From Candidatus Krumholzibacteriales bacterium (lineage in GTDB: Bacteria > Krumholzibacteriota > Krumholzibacteriia > Krumholzibacteriales > WJIX01), in contig JAWODM010000033.1 in the NCBI GenBank assembly GCA_046483305.1, positions 1 to 17,491 on the forward strand: a stretch of 17,491 nucleotides of DNA, read 5' to 3'. Below are positions 16,468-17,491 of this stretch, in pieces (position 1 is the stretch's first letter; every line of letters starts with the position of its first letter). The notes beneath the pieces were generated by a model. It ran no database searches, was not told where the DNA came from, and worked only from the letters and a program-made list of their open reading frames with translations. The position numbers were made by a program, and so were the translations under genes.

Positions 16468-16497
16468 TGCCCCCGGATTAACGAAGGGCAGGAGCTG

Positions 16498-17491
16498 ATG
16501 AGATATCCGATTGATACCGTAATAGCGGTTACCTACAGATGCCAGGCCAGGTGCCGGATGTGCTCGATATGGCAGATCGGGGAGCACACCGAACTGCCCC
16601 CGGAAGTTTACCGCAAACTCCCCGCGTCGATACGAGACCTGAATATATCCGGGGGAGAGCCCTTTCTCAGAAAGGATCTGGATGAAATAGTGAGGGCCGT
16701 TCATGACCGCCTGCCCCGCAGCAGAGTGGTGGTCTCCTCCAACGGGCTGATGGGAAAGAAGCTGATACCCAGGGCCATGGAGCTGGTGGATATATTTCCC
16801 GGTGTCGGGTTCGCTTTCTCACTGGACGGAATAGGAGAGATGCAGGACTACATGAGGGGTGTGGAGGGGGCATATGAGAACGTTCTGGCGGTGGTAAGAG
16901 GGTTGAAGAGAGAGGGAGTGGATAATATGCGTCTGGCATACACCCTAACCGATGAAAACGCTGAGCATATGATCAGGGTGTTCGAGCTTGCCGGAGAGCT
17001 GGGGGTTCAGTTCACCATGTCAGTGGCCCACGACAGCGATTTCTTCTTCGGAGAGGGAAAATCCCCTCTGGGAGAGAGGGGAGCCGGCGGATTCGACAGT
17101 GCGTCTCTGAAGAAAGACTTTGAAACAATTATCAACAGCCAGCTGGGAACTTTCAGTATCAAGAACTGGGGCAGGGCCTTCCTCAACTACGGCATTTACG
17201 CACTGGCGTTCGAGGGCAGGCAGCTGTTCTCTTCACGCCCGGGAGAGGATTTCTTCTATATGGACCCCGGGGGTGATATCTACCCGTCGGTGATTCACGG
17301 CCATGTGATGGGAAACCTTGCCGAGCGGGCCTTCGACTCCCTGTGGAACTCCCCGGAGGCGGAAAGGGCCAGAGAGGAGAGCAGGGCCGAGAAGAAGCTT
17401 TACTGGATGGGGTGCATGCTGAGAAAGGCCCTCCTGGAGCACCGGTTCAGTATAGGTATGTGGGCGCTGAAGAATAAACTTACGGGATTGC
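16498..17491 (+). CDS. Radical SAM protein with degenerate SPASM/twitch-like C-terminal domain, 3' end outside the window
   Basis: Hand-translated, absent from the ORF track: MRYPIDTVIAVTYRCQARCRMCSIW (CxxxCxxC), NISGGEPFLRKD, SSNG, FSLDG...DYMRG, then DFFYMDPGGDIYPS...MGNL...LWNSPEA...YWMGC. Open for 331 codons to the window end. Confidence 0.93.
   Translation, partial: MRYPIDTVIAVTYRCQARCRMCSIWQIGEHTELPPEVYRKLPASIRDLNISGGEPFLRKDLDEIVRAVHDRLPRSRVVVSSNGLMGKKLIPRAMELVDIFPGVGFAFSLDGIGEMQDYMRGVEGAYENVLAVVRGLKREGVDNMRLAYTLTDENAEHMIRVFELAGELGVQFTMSVAHDSDFFFGEGKSPLGERGAGGFDSASLKKDFETIINSQLGTFSIKNWGRAFLNYGIYALAFEGRQLFSSRPGEDFFYMDPGGDIYPSVIHGHVMGNLAERAFDSLWNSPEAERAREESRAEKKLYWMGCMLRKALLEHRFSIGMWALKNKLTGL

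Noticed and set aside
16285..16497. RiPP precursor peptide next to the radical SAM gene
   Set aside because: The interval is occupied by two divergent promoters and has no convincing SD-led small ORF. The region downstream of the gene is not visible.
16426..17442. Minus-strand track ORFs 16426-16704, 16667-16939 and 17233-17442
   Set aside because: Antisense shadows of the radical SAM gene, which the track missed because its stop lies outside the window.

Overview
Gene-dense bacterial region with no rRNA, tRNA, CRISPR array or mobile element that I can recognise. The gene mix (C25 gingipain-like peptidase with a 'QNxPNPFNP' C-terminal Ig/secretion-type domain, DUF3857-transglutaminase, lipoprotein amidase, OprO/P-like porin) suggests a diderm FCB-group organism such as a Krumholzibacteriota/Latescibacterota-like lineage; this is an inference only. 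Left to right: 3'-partial exported DUF3857/transglutaminase-like protein (-, absent from the ORF track, TTG start); Zn-ribbon hypothetical protein (-); NAD-dependent epimerase (+); exported S9 peptidase (-); PTP/DSP-type phosphatase (-); truncated alkaline phosphatase (+, probable pseudogene); mscS (-); porin, lipoprotein amidase, unknown membrane protein and GT4 glycosyltransferase (all +); glnA (-); C25 peptidase (-); 3'-partial radical SAM protein (+, absent from the ORF track). The most interesting observations are: (1) a radical SAM enzyme whose SPASM/twitch-like domain has lost its auxiliary-cluster cysteines; (2) an exported amidase with a fused GatC-like segment in a porin-amidase-membrane protein run next to glnA; (3) a phosphatase whose signal peptide seems to need an ATT start, divergent from a decayed alkaline phosphatase; (4) a sigma70 promoter bracketed by inverted repeats that each contain the -35 box. 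All family assignments come from motif recognition, not database searches.
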